A stretch of DNA of 64,000 nt from Terriglobia bacterium (GTDB lineage: Bacteria; Acidobacteriota; Terriglobia; Bryobacterales; UBA6623): the NCBI GenBank assembly GCA_009841225.1, contig VXMF01000036.1, positions 7,825 to 71,824 on the forward strand. The letters are read 5' to 3'. The notes under the pieces are model-generated. The model worked only from the letters and a program-made list of their open reading frames with translations, was not told the DNA's origin and ran no database searches. Within the stretch, counting starts at the first letter, position 1. Each line of letters opens with the position of its first letter. A program made the translations under genes and the position numbers. Below, in pieces: positions 1 to 9,015 of the stretch.

Positions 1-1
1 A

Positions 2-532
2 GGCACGCGTCTGATTCGAACGTTTGCGTTTACCTATTCCCGTGGCGGCCGGCCGGATCCCGCCGCTTACCCCAGGGTCTTCGAGCTGGTCGCCAAGTCC
101 GCCGAGCGCGCCAAGCAGGCCGGCTTCCGCCTCGCCGTCGAGAACGTCGCAGGCAGCTACGTGGAGACGGCGGCGCATTCGGCGGAACTGCTCGCGCAGG
201 TGCGCTCGCCCGCCTTGGGCCTGACGTGGGATCCGAACAACTCCGCCCGAGCCGGAGACGACGAGCCATTCCCCGCCGGCTACGAATCCCTGGACAGCTC
301 GCGAATCTTGCACGTCCATGTCCGCGACTACCGCCGTACGAAGGAGGGTGATTTGGAGTGGTGCGGGGTCGGCGATGGCGAGTTCGATCATGTGGGCCAG
401 TTCCGCGCGCTCTTAGACGATGGGTACGATGGCGTGGTCTCGCTGGAAACCCACTACACGATTGACGGCAGCAAGGCGGCTGCCAGCGAGCACTCTCTAA
501 AGGGGCTGCTTGCAGCCGTCAAGCGTGTCTAG
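2..532 (+). CDS. Sugar phosphate isomerase/epimerase (xylose isomerase-like TIM barrel), 5'-truncated by window edge
   Basis: Frame is open from nt 2 and continues upstream of the listed 161..532 ORF. Motifs FRLAVENV, LTWDPNN, HVHVRDY and VSLETHY are typical of the AP endonuclease 2 / xylose isomerase-like TIM-barrel family. Confidence 0.7.
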   Translation, partial: GTRLIRTFAFTYSRGGRPDPAAYPRVFELVAKSAERAKQAGFRLAVENVAGSYVETAAHSAELLAQVRSPALGLTWDPNNSARAGDDEPFPAGYESLDSSRILHVHVRDYRRTKEGDLEWCGVGDGEFDHVGQFRALLDDGYDGVVSLETHYTIDGSKAAASEHSLKGLLAAVKRV

Positions 533-639
533 CGGATCCGCGATGATCGGCTCGCGTGCATAGCGAGGCGATTGTGCGCCACGGCTCCCGGCAGATTCTC
601 TGCGGCGATTCTTTGGCCACGCTCCTGATTGGCTAGCGC

Positions 640-2412
640 ATGCAACTAACCGCCGTTGACTGGGCGATCTTGGCGTCCTTCCTCGCTTTCTCGCTGTTGG
701 TCGGCTTGCGTGTGGCCAAGAGTGCCGGGGGCGATTTTTCGTCGTTTTTCTTGGCTGGTCGCCGCCAGCCCTGGTGGCTGCTGGGTGTTTCGATGGTCGC
801 CACGACCTTTTCGACAGACACGCCCAACTTGGTGGCTGACATCGTGCGCCGCGACGGCGTGCTGGGCAATTGGACTTGGTGGGCTTTCTTGCTGTCCGGG
901 ATGCTGACGGTGTTCCTGTACGCCAAGCTCTGGCGTCGCTCCGGCGTCGCGACGGACGTCGAGTTCTACGAGCTGCGCTACTCGGGCAAGACGGCGGCGT
1001 TCCTGCGGGTCTTCCGGGGCGTCTACCTCGGGCTGGTGTTCAACGTCTTGATCATGGCCGCGGTCTCTCTCGCGGCGGTCAAGATCGGCTCGGTGATGTT
1101 CGGTTGGAGCCCCATTCAAACGTTGGTCGTTGCCGCCAGCGTGACCTTGGCCTACAGTGCGCTGGGCGGGCTGCAGGGTGTGCTGCTGACGGACATGGTC
1201 CAGTTCAGCATGGCGATGGTCGGATCGGTGGCCGCGACCATCTACATCGTCCGGCTGCCCGAGGTCGGCGGGCTTAGCGGCATGCTGGCGCACGAGGCGG
1301 TACGCCAGCGGACAGCGTTCTGGCCCTCCTTCGAAACGATGTCCTGGGTTGATCTGGCGCCGGTGTTCCTGGTCCCGCTGATGGTCCAGTGGTGGGCTGC
1401 ATACTACCCGGGATCGGAGCCGGGAGGCGGTGGCTACCTTGTCCAACGCATGCTCTCAGCCAAGAACGAGTCGCATGCGCTGGGCGCGACGCTGCTGTTC
1501 AACCTGCTGCACTACGGCTTGCGACCGTGGCCATGGATCGTTGTGGCCTTGGCCTCGCTGATCGTATTTCCGGACCTTGGCACCATTCAGCAACGCTTCC
1601 CCCATGTAGCGGCCGATGTGGTGCGGAATGATCTGGCTTATCCGGCCATGCTGACGTTCCTGCCGCCGGGCCTGCTGGGCTTGGTGGTCACCTCGCTCGC
1701 CGCCGCGTACATGTCCACGATGTCGACTTCGCTGAACTGGGGGTCTTCGATCTTGGTCGGCGATCTCTACCGCCGCTTCCTGCGTCCCGGTGCCAGCGAA
1801 GCGCAACTGGTCTGGGCGGGGCGGTGGTTCACCGTCCTGTTGATGGTGCTTGCATGCGCCGTTTCGTTGACCGTGGAGAGCGCTTTAGGGGTATTCCAAA
1901 TCTTGTTGCAAATCGGGGCAGGGACGGGATTGCTGTACCTGCTGCGCTGGTTCTGGTGGCGCATCAACGCCGCGACCGAGTTGGCCGCGATGGTCGCATC
2001 GTTCTCGGTGGCCCTGGCGCTGCCGGCGATAGGCCCGGGGCTGGATGCGTGGCAGCAGCTTGTGATCGGCGTGGCGTTGACCACAGCTTGCTGGCTGCCG
2101 TTCGCCTACCTCGGCGCTCCGACGGACGAGGCGACCCTGCTCAGCTTCTATCGCAAGGTCCGCCCAACCGGCCCCGGCTGGAAGCGTGTCGCCGGCAGGG
2201 CCGGCGCAGGGGTCGACTCCTCCCGAGCCCACAGCCTGACACCGCCCTTGCTCGCCTCGCTGCTCGGCTCAACCGCGGTCTACGCTCTCATGTTTTCGAC
2301 CGGATACCTGTTGTACGGGGAGGTCGCCCATGCATTGGCGGCCGCCTTGGTGGCAGGACTCAGCGGTTTCGGGCTGGTCCGCGTTTGGCAGCGCAATGTC
2401 GAGTGCTTCTAG
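640..2412 (+). CDS. Sodium:solute symporter (SSF) family transporter
   Basis: 590 aa polytopic membrane protein with an ATG start. The N-terminal region FFLAGRRQPWWLLGVSMVATTFSTDTP matches the SSF signature region. Confidence 0.85.
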   Translation: MQLTAVDWAILASFLAFSLLVGLRVAKSAGGDFSSFFLAGRRQPWWLLGVSMVATTFSTDTPNLVADIVRRDGVLGNWTWWAFLLSGMLTVFLYAKLWRRSGVATDVEFYELRYSGKTAAFLRVFRGVYLGLVFNVLIMAAVSLAAVKIGSVMFGWSPIQTLVVAASVTLAYSALGGLQGVLLTDMVQFSMAMVGSVAATIYIVRLPEVGGLSGMLAHEAVRQRTAFWPSFETMSWVDLAPVFLVPLMVQWWAAYYPGSEPGGGGYLVQRMLSAKNESHALGATLLFNLLHYGLRPWPWIVVALASLIVFPDLGTIQQRFPHVAADVVRNDLAYPAMLTFLPPGLLGLVVTSLAAAYMSTMSTSLNWGSSILVGDLYRRFLRPGASEAQLVWAGRWFTVLLMVLACAVSLTVESALGVFQILLQIGAGTGLLYLLRWFWWRINAATELAAMVASFSVALALPAIGPGLDAWQQLVIGVALTTACWLPFAYLGAPTDEATLLSFYRKVRPTGPGWKRVAGRAGAGVDSSRAHSLTPPLLASLLGSTAVYALMFSTGYLLYGEVAHALAAALVAGLSGFGLVRVWQRNVECF

Positions 2413-2423
2413 CGGGAACTGAC

Positions 2424-2984
2424 GTGGGGAGTCTCGCAACAAGCAGCGACACCTATGTCGCGCTGCTGCGCGGAATCAATGTCGGCGGACGGAACCGTCT
2501 GCCGATGGACGAGCTAGCTCGATTGTTCGAGCATGCCGGGTGCACTTCGGTGAAGACCTACATTCAAAGCGGAAACGTAGTGTTCGTGGCGGCACCGACG
2601 GTCGCGCTGAAGGCGCGAGAATCCGTCGCAGCGGCCGTCTCCGCCCGGATCGGCACTGACATCCCAATTGTTCTCCGGTCTGTCGCCGACTTGGCCCGGG
2701 TGGTCGAGGAGAACCCGTTTCTGGGCGAATCGCAGGATCCCCGCGCGCTGCACGTAGGCTTCCTGTCCGACCGGCCATCGCCAGACCGAGTCTTGAGCCT
2801 CGACCCGGATAGGTCCCCGCCGGACGAGTTCGTTGTGCGGGGCAAGGAGATCTATCTGCGTCTGCCGAACGGTATGTCAGGGACTCGCTTCACTGCCAGC
2901 TACGTGGAACGAGTGCTTGTGACGCCGGCGACATTCCGCAACTGGAGAACGGTCGAGAACTTGTTGAAGATAGCGACCGGGTAG
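2424..2984 (+). CDS. DUF1697 domain-containing protein
   Basis: This is the C-terminal 186 codons of the 1824..2984 ORF. A GTG at 2424 lies 12 nt after the symporter stop. YVALLRGINVGGRNRLPMDEL...TYIQSGNVVF is the hallmark DUF1697 N-terminus. The upstream part of the ORF is an out-of-frame overlap of the symporter gene. Confidence 0.8.
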   Translation: MGSLATSSDTYVALLRGINVGGRNRLPMDELARLFEHAGCTSVKTYIQSGNVVFVAAPTVALKARESVAAAVSARIGTDIPIVLRSVADLARVVEENPFLGESQDPRALHVGFLSDRPSPDRVLSLDPDRSPPDEFVVRGKEIYLRLPNGMSGTRFTASYVERVLVTPATFRNWRTVENLLKIATG

Positions 2985-3073
2985 GCTCGCGGTGACTCGG
3001 GTCACGGCGGGTCATGCTACGGTCTAGTCGGAGCCGCCGATGCTGCTTGTGCAGTCCGGCGCAGCGAGACGAG

Positions 3074-4354
3074 ATGGCACGAGACGTCAGAACATTTCGG
3101 GATAGTTTGCGCAGCCGGCCGACACGGCGGGAATTCATCGCTGCATCGGCAGCCAGCGCACCCTTGGTAGCGTGCGGCGGCGTTCCCGGAGACGAACCGA
3201 CCGGACTCACGACCGCAGACCTCGATGCCGCCGCGGCGCGGCCGGTGCTCGACGTTTCACAATTGGACACCCCTCTAATCATCGACTCCATCCGTCTCTT
3301 GGAGAAAGACCGCGATCAGTTCGTCCATGTCCGTTCTAAGGACGGGGCCGAAGGAGTGTCGTTAACAAACGGCCGCCGCTATCTGAGCTCGATTCTCCAA
3401 GAATTGGTGATCCCGTTCTTCCTCGGCAAAGATGCCCGGACGCTGGAGTCCGAGCTACTCTTCGAACTGTATCGGCATCGCAGCAACTACAAGCTCCAGG
3501 GGCTCGCGCTGTGGTCTGCGCAGGCTTGGGTCGAATTCGCCGTTCTCGACATGCTAGGCCGTGCCTGCGGTAAGTCGATCGGTGACCTGCTGGGCGGGAC
3601 GCTGCGCGACGAGATCGACTTCTACGTGGCAAGCGGCCGCCGGGACTCGACCCCGGAAGAGGAAGTCGAGTACCTGCAGTCCTTGGTCGACGAGACCGGT
3701 GCGAACGCAGTGAAGTTCCGGCTCGGCGGGCGCATGAGTCGTAACCTCGATGCTTCCCCGGGGCGGTCGGAGGCCCTGATTCCGCTAGCTCGAAAGGGGC
3801 TGGGAGACGCGATCGACCTGCACGGTGACGCGAATAGTTCCTACGACCCCGAGCACGCGCTGCCGATCGGGCGCCTTCTCGAAGACGTCGGAGCCGTGTA
3901 CTTCGAGGAGCCCTGCCCGTTCGACCATCTGGAAGACACCAAGGCCGTCGCAGATTCGCTCTCCCTACCGGTTTCCGGAGGGGAGCAAGAATACAGCGAG
4001 CGCAGGTTCCGCTGGATGATTGCCAATCGGGGCGTCGACATCGTCCAGCCCGACCTGCACTACTACGGGGGCATGATCCGGTCGGCCCGGGTTGCCAACA
4101 TGGCCGAACTGGCCCAGATGCCGACCACCGTCCACATATCCGGAGGCTTCGGTTTCGTCTATATGTTGCACTTTGCGTCCCGGACAAAGGACATCGGACG
4201 GTACCAGGAGTACAAGCGGAACATCGAACGCTACGCGGACTGGTTCGATCCAGCGCTTTCTATCAGAGACGGCAAGCTCGCTGTACCAGCCGGCCCGGGC
4301 GTCGGGATCCGGGACATCGCGGCGGTGATTCAGGGCGCTCGCCAAATCGCGTGA
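3074..4354 (+). CDS. Enolase-superfamily enzyme (mandelate racemase/muconate lactonizing family) with Tat signal and lipobox
   Basis: The ATG at 3074 gives MARDV...SRPTRREFIAASAASAPLVACGG, which carries a twin-arginine motif plus an L-V-A-C lipobox. The core has DLHGDANSSY, YFEEP, SGGEQE and DIVQPDL, typical metal-ligand and barrel motifs of the MR/MLE family. Confidence 0.85.
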   Translation: MARDVRTFRDSLRSRPTRREFIAASAASAPLVACGGVPGDEPTGLTTADLDAAAARPVLDVSQLDTPLIIDSIRLLEKDRDQFVHVRSKDGAEGVSLTNGRRYLSSILQELVIPFFLGKDARTLESELLFELYRHRSNYKLQGLALWSAQAWVEFAVLDMLGRACGKSIGDLLGGTLRDEIDFYVASGRRDSTPEEEVEYLQSLVDETGANAVKFRLGGRMSRNLDASPGRSEALIPLARKGLGDAIDLHGDANSSYDPEHALPIGRLLEDVGAVYFEEPCPFDHLEDTKAVADSLSLPVSGGEQEYSERRFRWMIANRGVDIVQPDLHYYGGMIRSARVANMAELAQMPTTVHISGGFGFVYMLHFASRTKDIGRYQEYKRNIERYADWFDPALSIRDGKLAVPAGPGVGIRDIAAVIQGARQIA

Positions 4355-4384
4355 GGGCCTGACGAGCCGTGCCCCGGTGCTGGG

Positions 4385-5875
4385 TCAGCGGCTCACGCTC
4401 CGGCCGTCTTGCTTGTAACTCTCGAGCAACCGCTGCATGCTGCGCACGCGTTCCGGGGCGTCCGCCGCAAGATTGGTCGTCTGGGCGGGGTCTTCCTTGA
4501 GGTTGTACAGTTCCACGTCTTGGTCGTGGACCTTCGCGAGGCGCTGTTGACGAAACCACTCCGGCTCGCGATTCGCTCCGCCGTTGTTGTCACCAGTGGG
4601 ATGATTGATCAGCACCCAATCTCCCTGCCGGATTCCGAACCAGCCTCGCGAGCCATGATGCACGGTCGCCTCGCGTACGGGCGAGTCGCTGTCGGCGCCG
4701 AAGAGCGCGTCGCTCATGTCGTAGCTATCCTCCGCTGCGTCGCTCGGCAGCTGGAAGCCGACGATCGCCGCCACCGTTGCCATCAGGTCGGTCAGGCACA
4801 GCACCTCGTCCTGCACGCTGCCTGCTGGGATCTTGCCTGGCCAGCGCGCCAGAAACGGCACGCGATGGCCGCCTTCCCAAAGGTCCCGCTTCAGGCCCCG
4901 CAGCTTGGCCATGCTGGCGTGCCGGTATTCCAAGATCCGCCGATACGCGTCCGCCTCCGGGCCGTTGTCGCTAGTCACGACGACTAGGGTGTTGTCGGCT
5001 TGCCCGCTTCTTTCGATCGCCGCCAGCACCTCTCCCACGGACCAGTCCACTTCCGCGACAAAATCCCCGTAGAGGCCAGCTGCGCTCTGATCTCTGAAGT
5101 CTTTGTTCGGCACGACCGGGCGGTGCGGTGCCAGCGGTGCGAAGTAGAGAAACCAAGGCTGTGCCTTCTCTGCCGCCCGCGCAATGAAGCCCACCGCTTC
5201 CTCCGTGAATCGAGGCAGCATGCGCTCGAATTCGAAGCCGGGCGACTTCGTTCCCTTATTGTTGTTGCCTCCCATGAGATAGGCAGGCAGGTGCGTGAGG
5301 TCAAACGCCAGCGATGGCCGCGCCAGCACTTTGCCGTTCTCGACAAACCCCCAAGCGGGCTTGGCAAGCCCGAAGGAGTAGGTGAAACCGTGCTGGGCGG
5401 GGCCATTGATCACGGGCTTAGACCAGTCGACGTTCGCCACGATCTGGTCTCGCGATTCGTCTAACAGGTGCCAGCGACGCCCGAGATGCCACTTGCCGAC
5501 CATGCCGGTCTCGTAGCCCTGCTGGCGAAGCATGTCGGCCAGTGTTAGTCGCTCCGGCTCTAGTAGAGGTGGCGAGGATCCGTTCAACACCCCGCGCTTC
5601 AACCACGTTCGCCACGCGTAGCGGCCAGTCAGAAGCCCATAGCGCGTTGGAGAGCAGACGCCGTCCGGCGTGTGGGCGTCTGTAAAACGCATTCCCTCGG
5701 CGGCGAGCCCGTCGAGGTTCGGAGTCGGTATCTTGGACTCCGGGTTATAGGCTCCCACATCCCCGTAGCCAAGATCGTCGGTCAGAATTATGACGACATT
5801 GGGGTTCGAGAGTGCTGGCGCCGCCCAGCCCAACAAGGCGGCAAGACCTAGTGCGAGTCGCATCGGACACAGCAT
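4385..5875 (-). CDS. Arylsulfatase (Cys-type sulfatase family), secreted
   Basis: Signal peptide MRLALGLAALLGWAAPALS. IILTDDLGYGD and the formylglycine motif CSPTRYGLLTGR are present. Confidence 0.9.
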   Translation of the reverse strand: MLCPMRLALGLAALLGWAAPALSNPNVVIILTDDLGYGDVGAYNPESKIPTPNLDGLAAEGMRFTDAHTPDGVCSPTRYGLLTGRYAWRTWLKRGVLNGSSPPLLEPERLTLADMLRQQGYETGMVGKWHLGRRWHLLDESRDQIVANVDWSKPVINGPAQHGFTYSFGLAKPAWGFVENGKVLARPSLAFDLTHLPAYLMGGNNNKGTKSPGFEFERMLPRFTEEAVGFIARAAEKAQPWFLYFAPLAPHRPVVPNKDFRDQSAAGLYGDFVAEVDWSVGEVLAAIERSGQADNTLVVVTSDNGPEADAYRRILEYRHASMAKLRGLKRDLWEGGHRVPFLARWPGKIPAGSVQDEVLCLTDLMATVAAIVGFQLPSDAAEDSYDMSDALFGADSDSPVREATVHHGSRGWFGIRQGDWVLINHPTGDNNGGANREPEWFRQQRLAKVHDQDVELYNLKEDPAQTTNLAADAPERVRSMQRLLESYKQDGRSVSR

Positions 5876-6069
5876 AGAGCATCTCGGCCAGCAACCGGTC
5901 AGTGGCGCAAGCCCCTCGATCCCTTCATGTCTGGCTGAAACCCAAAGCTTGGCTCCTGCACCGAGAGAACTTAGCGGCTCTGCGTCGTCATCTCACTGGC
6001 CGTTTCCTCGATCATTCCGGCTCGAGCTTAGGTCAGTCGACTAGCCCCGTTGCTCGATCAACTACTCGA

Positions 6070-6495
6070 ATGCAAGGAAGTTCGAACTGGGCCGGATCTG
6101 CGATTCGATCTCCGTATGGACGAGTTGCCCTGCAAATTGCGACGTGACCTGCCAAATTGAGTCGAATAATGGCGATTGGGAGGACATTCTTTCGCCTGCC
6201 TGCGGGGCGTTCCTTCCTATTCGGACTGCACGGAACAGGAAAGAGCACATGGTTTCACAGCGCCCTTCCGAATGTTGCCTGAGTTGATTTTCACTCCCCG
6301 CCCCAGCAGCGCCTCTATGCCGCCGGTCCCGGGCGCGTGCGCGAACTGGCCGCGGCTAACCCCGGCAGGGAGGATGTCGTAATTGACGAAGTGCAGCGGG
6401 GGCCAGAGCTGCTCCACGAGATCGTGCCGGGCCAGCCCCTGCCATGAAGCGCGCGAGAACTTGCGACCAGATTCGGCTGGGCGGCGGGGAACTGA
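6070..6495 (+). pseudogene. Decayed N-terminal fragment of an AAA+ ATPase (AAA_14/DUF4143-like family)
   Basis: A single reading frame gives ...RSFLFGLHGTGKSTW (Walker A) ...VVIDEVQRGPELLHEI (Walker B region). The frame is interrupted by in-frame stops at 6145-6147, 6280-6282, 6445-6447 and 6493-6495, and it lacks the C-terminal half. Confidence 0.5.
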
Positions 6496-6543
6496 TCGAC
6501 CCGCGATCTTCTGAAGCAACCGAGCTCTCGTTACCATGCGGCA

Positions 6544-7098
6544 ATGCGACGCCACTCGAATCGACCGTCCCTGCACCGTACTCCGCACGGAGCATACGAA
6601 ACCGCACAACACTACATCGGTGATCTGATCTATGGCACCAATGACGGCCTCCTGACCAGTTACGCGATCGTAGCCGGGGTCTCCGGAGGGGCCCTCTCAT
6701 CTACCGCCGTGCTCATCGTCGGGATTGCCAACCTGTTCGCAGACGGACTATCGATGGGCGTGGGCAATTTTCTGAGCATTCGCGCTCGGGAGAGCGCTAG
6801 AGAAAGGCAGAACCTGCCCGAGGAGGAGGCGAACCCGGCACGACACGGATTCGCTACGTTCTCGGCATTCGCTGTGGCCGGTGCGATTCCTCTCGTGCCG
6901 TATGTCGTCCCTGAACTGGAACATCGCTTCCTGCTGGCGTCGGTGCTGGCGCTCGTCGCGCAATTCGCGGTGGGTGCCCTGCGTGCCCTCGTCACGGCCA
7001 GCCGATGGTGGGTCAGCGGCCTTGAGATGCTAGGGCTGGGCGTCCTGGTAGCGGTCGTCGCATACGCGACGGGCGCTGGCGTGGCTGCAATAGTGTAG
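6544..7098 (+). CDS. VIT1/CCC1 family (vacuolar iron transporter-like) membrane protein, short form
   Basis: YIGDLIYGTNDGLLTSYAIVAGVSGG and GIANLFADGLSMGVGNFLS are typical VIT-family TM motifs. The 184-aa length suggests the cytoplasmic metal-binding domain is reduced. Confidence 0.8.
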   Translation: MRRHSNRPSLHRTPHGAYETAQHYIGDLIYGTNDGLLTSYAIVAGVSGGALSSTAVLIVGIANLFADGLSMGVGNFLSIRARESARERQNLPEEEANPARHGFATFSAFAVAGAIPLVPYVVPELEHRFLLASVLALVAQFAVGALRALVTASRWWVSGLEMLGLGVLVAVVAYATGAGVAAIV

Positions 7099-7274
7099 GG
7101 CCACGCGTAGTCTGAGGGGGCCACGATCAATGTGCCTTGGCGGCGCGCCCGGCGCTGCGCCCCCACGAGGAGGACTTCCATTCCCTTGAGGCCCGCACTT
7201 CCTGTCAACTCTACCGTCGAGTTAACGCTGCGGTTCGGTCACCTCGCCTCCCGCCCAGTCCCGGTCGGAGTCTC

Positions 7275-8534
7275 TCAGTCCATGCGCGCGGCACGTTGAC
7301 ACTGACGAGAGACGACTTTCTCGACACGGTCTAGCGCGGGGAGTCTGCCGTGCGTTTCCTCGAACCGGGCGCGGGCCTCTGCCGAATGTACCATCAGCGA
7401 CTCGGCGGTCTCTTCGACTAGGGACAGAACGACATCTGATCGGACATCACACTCGGCAGCCACAGATTCCCAATGTCTGCGGCCTACGTTCCCAGGGTTT
7501 CGCATCCCGCCGACGCCGATCGCCAAGTCGTGGTCGAGATTCTCGATTGCTCTGGTAGGAACCAAGTCATAGAAGGGGGCCAAACGCGTCGATCCGTCCG
7601 ATCCGTACAACAGCGAAAGGTTCTTGGCGTGGCCGTCCGAGTTGCCGGCGAGCACGTTGAAGACTTGCCAGCGGAGCAACCGCTCCAAGTCGTCGAGGGG
7701 CGCGTCGGAGACGTCTCGTATCAGTCGGTAGCAGTCAGCGAACGACGGGCCGCCATCAGTCTCGTACTTGTTCTGACTGCTCAAGCCCATCGCTTGACAG
7801 AAGTCCTCTTGGTGCAGCCTCAGGATCTGACTGTCACCTCCAAGTATTCGGTCGTAACGCTTGATCAGCGCGATGGAGTCTAGCTCTTCGGCCCGAAGTT
7901 TGAAATCCACCACCGGTAGTCCTGCGAACTCGGCGAGCAAAGTAGCGAAGCACTCGAATGCAAGGACGTTGGAGTATTCGACGGAGTCGAACTTCAGAAT
8001 GTGGCTTGACGGAGCAGTACCCTTGGGCAGCCAGATCTGGCCATCGAACAAGGCCACTGCGGTCTTGTCCTGCGCGCCGGCTAGAGAAAGCCGCGGAGCG
8101 GGTCGCCCTTCAATACCTGCGGAGTCCCAGCCTATATCGAACTGGAGCTTCGCGAGCAAACTGTCGTCGATTCGTTCGTACTGGTGAGAGCTTGGATTGT
8201 CGGGCTGATCGCCTTCGGGCAGGATCTCCAGAGCACCGGCGCACTCTCGTCCGAAGACTCTCAGCAGCGCGAAGTCGTTGTCCGGGACTCTATACCGACG
8301 TACGATGCGTTCCCGGGCGCCTCCCTCTGGCAGCAGGTTTGCGAAGAAACGATGAGCGCGGCTGGCTCCGACAGTCGATTCCCCGGAGTGCAGGGGCATC
8401 GACTGAGAAATCGCGAAGCCGCCCGCTTGAACCCATCCGGGTTCATACTCAAATTCCATATCGTGGCCTGGACGGTCTCGTAGCAGGCCGACCCGCCGGC
8501 CCCCGAACCACACAACGAGCGATTCGCCAGTCAT
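7275..8534 (-). CDS. hipA: Type II toxin-antitoxin system HipA-family Ser/Thr kinase toxin
   Basis: 419 aa. The N-terminal coupling domain (FFANLLPEG) and kinase core (LSLAGAQDKTAV, GNSDGHAKNLSLLY, LAPFYDL) are present. Its start overlaps the hipB stop by 4 nt (8531-8534). Confidence 0.9.
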   Translation of the reverse strand: MTGESLVVWFGGRRVGLLRDRPGHDMEFEYEPGWVQAGGFAISQSMPLHSGESTVGASRAHRFFANLLPEGGARERIVRRYRVPDNDFALLRVFGRECAGALEILPEGDQPDNPSSHQYERIDDSLLAKLQFDIGWDSAGIEGRPAPRLSLAGAQDKTAVALFDGQIWLPKGTAPSSHILKFDSVEYSNVLAFECFATLLAEFAGLPVVDFKLRAEELDSIALIKRYDRILGGDSQILRLHQEDFCQAMGLSSQNKYETDGGPSFADCYRLIRDVSDAPLDDLERLLRWQVFNVLAGNSDGHAKNLSLLYGSDGSTRLAPFYDLVPTRAIENLDHDLAIGVGGMRNPGNVGRRHWESVAAECDVRSDVVLSLVEETAESLMVHSAEARARFEETHGRLPALDRVEKVVSRQCQRAARMD

Positions 8535-8833
8535 CTCCTTACTTCCGACATGCCCTTGATTTCGGCGTGTGCCGAAACCGGAACCTGAGCCCTGGGGGAG
8601 AGCACTACTTCGAGGCCAAGCAGTCGCAGTGCATGCAAGGCCTTTCCGATCTCTGCGGTCTCCTTGCCCCTCTCGAGCTCGGACAGGAAGCGCATGCTCA
8701 CGTTGGCGAATCCAGCAAGTTGCTCCAAGGTCCAGCCCCTGCTCTTTCGATGCGAGCGCATTAGCCGGCCGAGGTCGCGTGCCGACCGAACGGGTCCGTA
8801 TACGGGCTCCCGAGCTTTGTTTCCCTCTGCCAT
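8531..8833 (-). CDS. hipB: HipB-like XRE-family HTH antitoxin (y4mF type)
   Basis: 100 aa. The HTH region is GWTLEQLAGFANVSMRFLSELERGKETAEIGKALHALRLLGLEV. It sits immediately upstream of, and overlaps, hipA. Confidence 0.8.
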   Translation of the reverse strand: MAEGNKAREPVYGPVRSARDLGRLMRSHRKSRGWTLEQLAGFANVSMRFLSELERGKETAEIGKALHALRLLGLEVVLSPRAQVPVSAHAEIKGMSEVRR

Positions 8834-8839
8834 TTTCTT

Positions 8840-8905
8840 ATCGTACGGGAAAATTTGTACAATTGGAGTGAGTTTTGGCTAGAAATTGATCGTACGGGAA
8901 CATTT
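8840..8905 (-). promoter_or_regulatory. Two 17-nt direct repeats upstream of hipB (candidate HipB operator sites)
   Basis: On the minus strand, AAATTTTCCCGTACGAT (8840-8856) and AAATGTTCCCGTACGAT (8889-8905) match at 16/17 positions. Each contains the palindrome CGTACG. The repeats are 49 bp apart and the proximal copy ends 6 nt from the hipB ATG. Confidence 0.3.
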
Positions 8906-9015
8906 CGTGATCTTGTCGGCCTTGTGTCCGATTTTCTCCACGATGTCACTCTGGGCGATGACTGGAACGCTTCGCCGCGGCGCCCAAGATAAGTCAGAAA
9001 GGCGGATCGGGTGTC

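Noticed and set aside
6169-7098. ATPase fragment and VIT1 ORF as one fused or frameshifted gene, since they share a frame
   Set aside because: The two parts belong to unrelated families. Three or four stop codons intervene. The VIT1-family ORF has its own ATG and a complete set of TM motifs.
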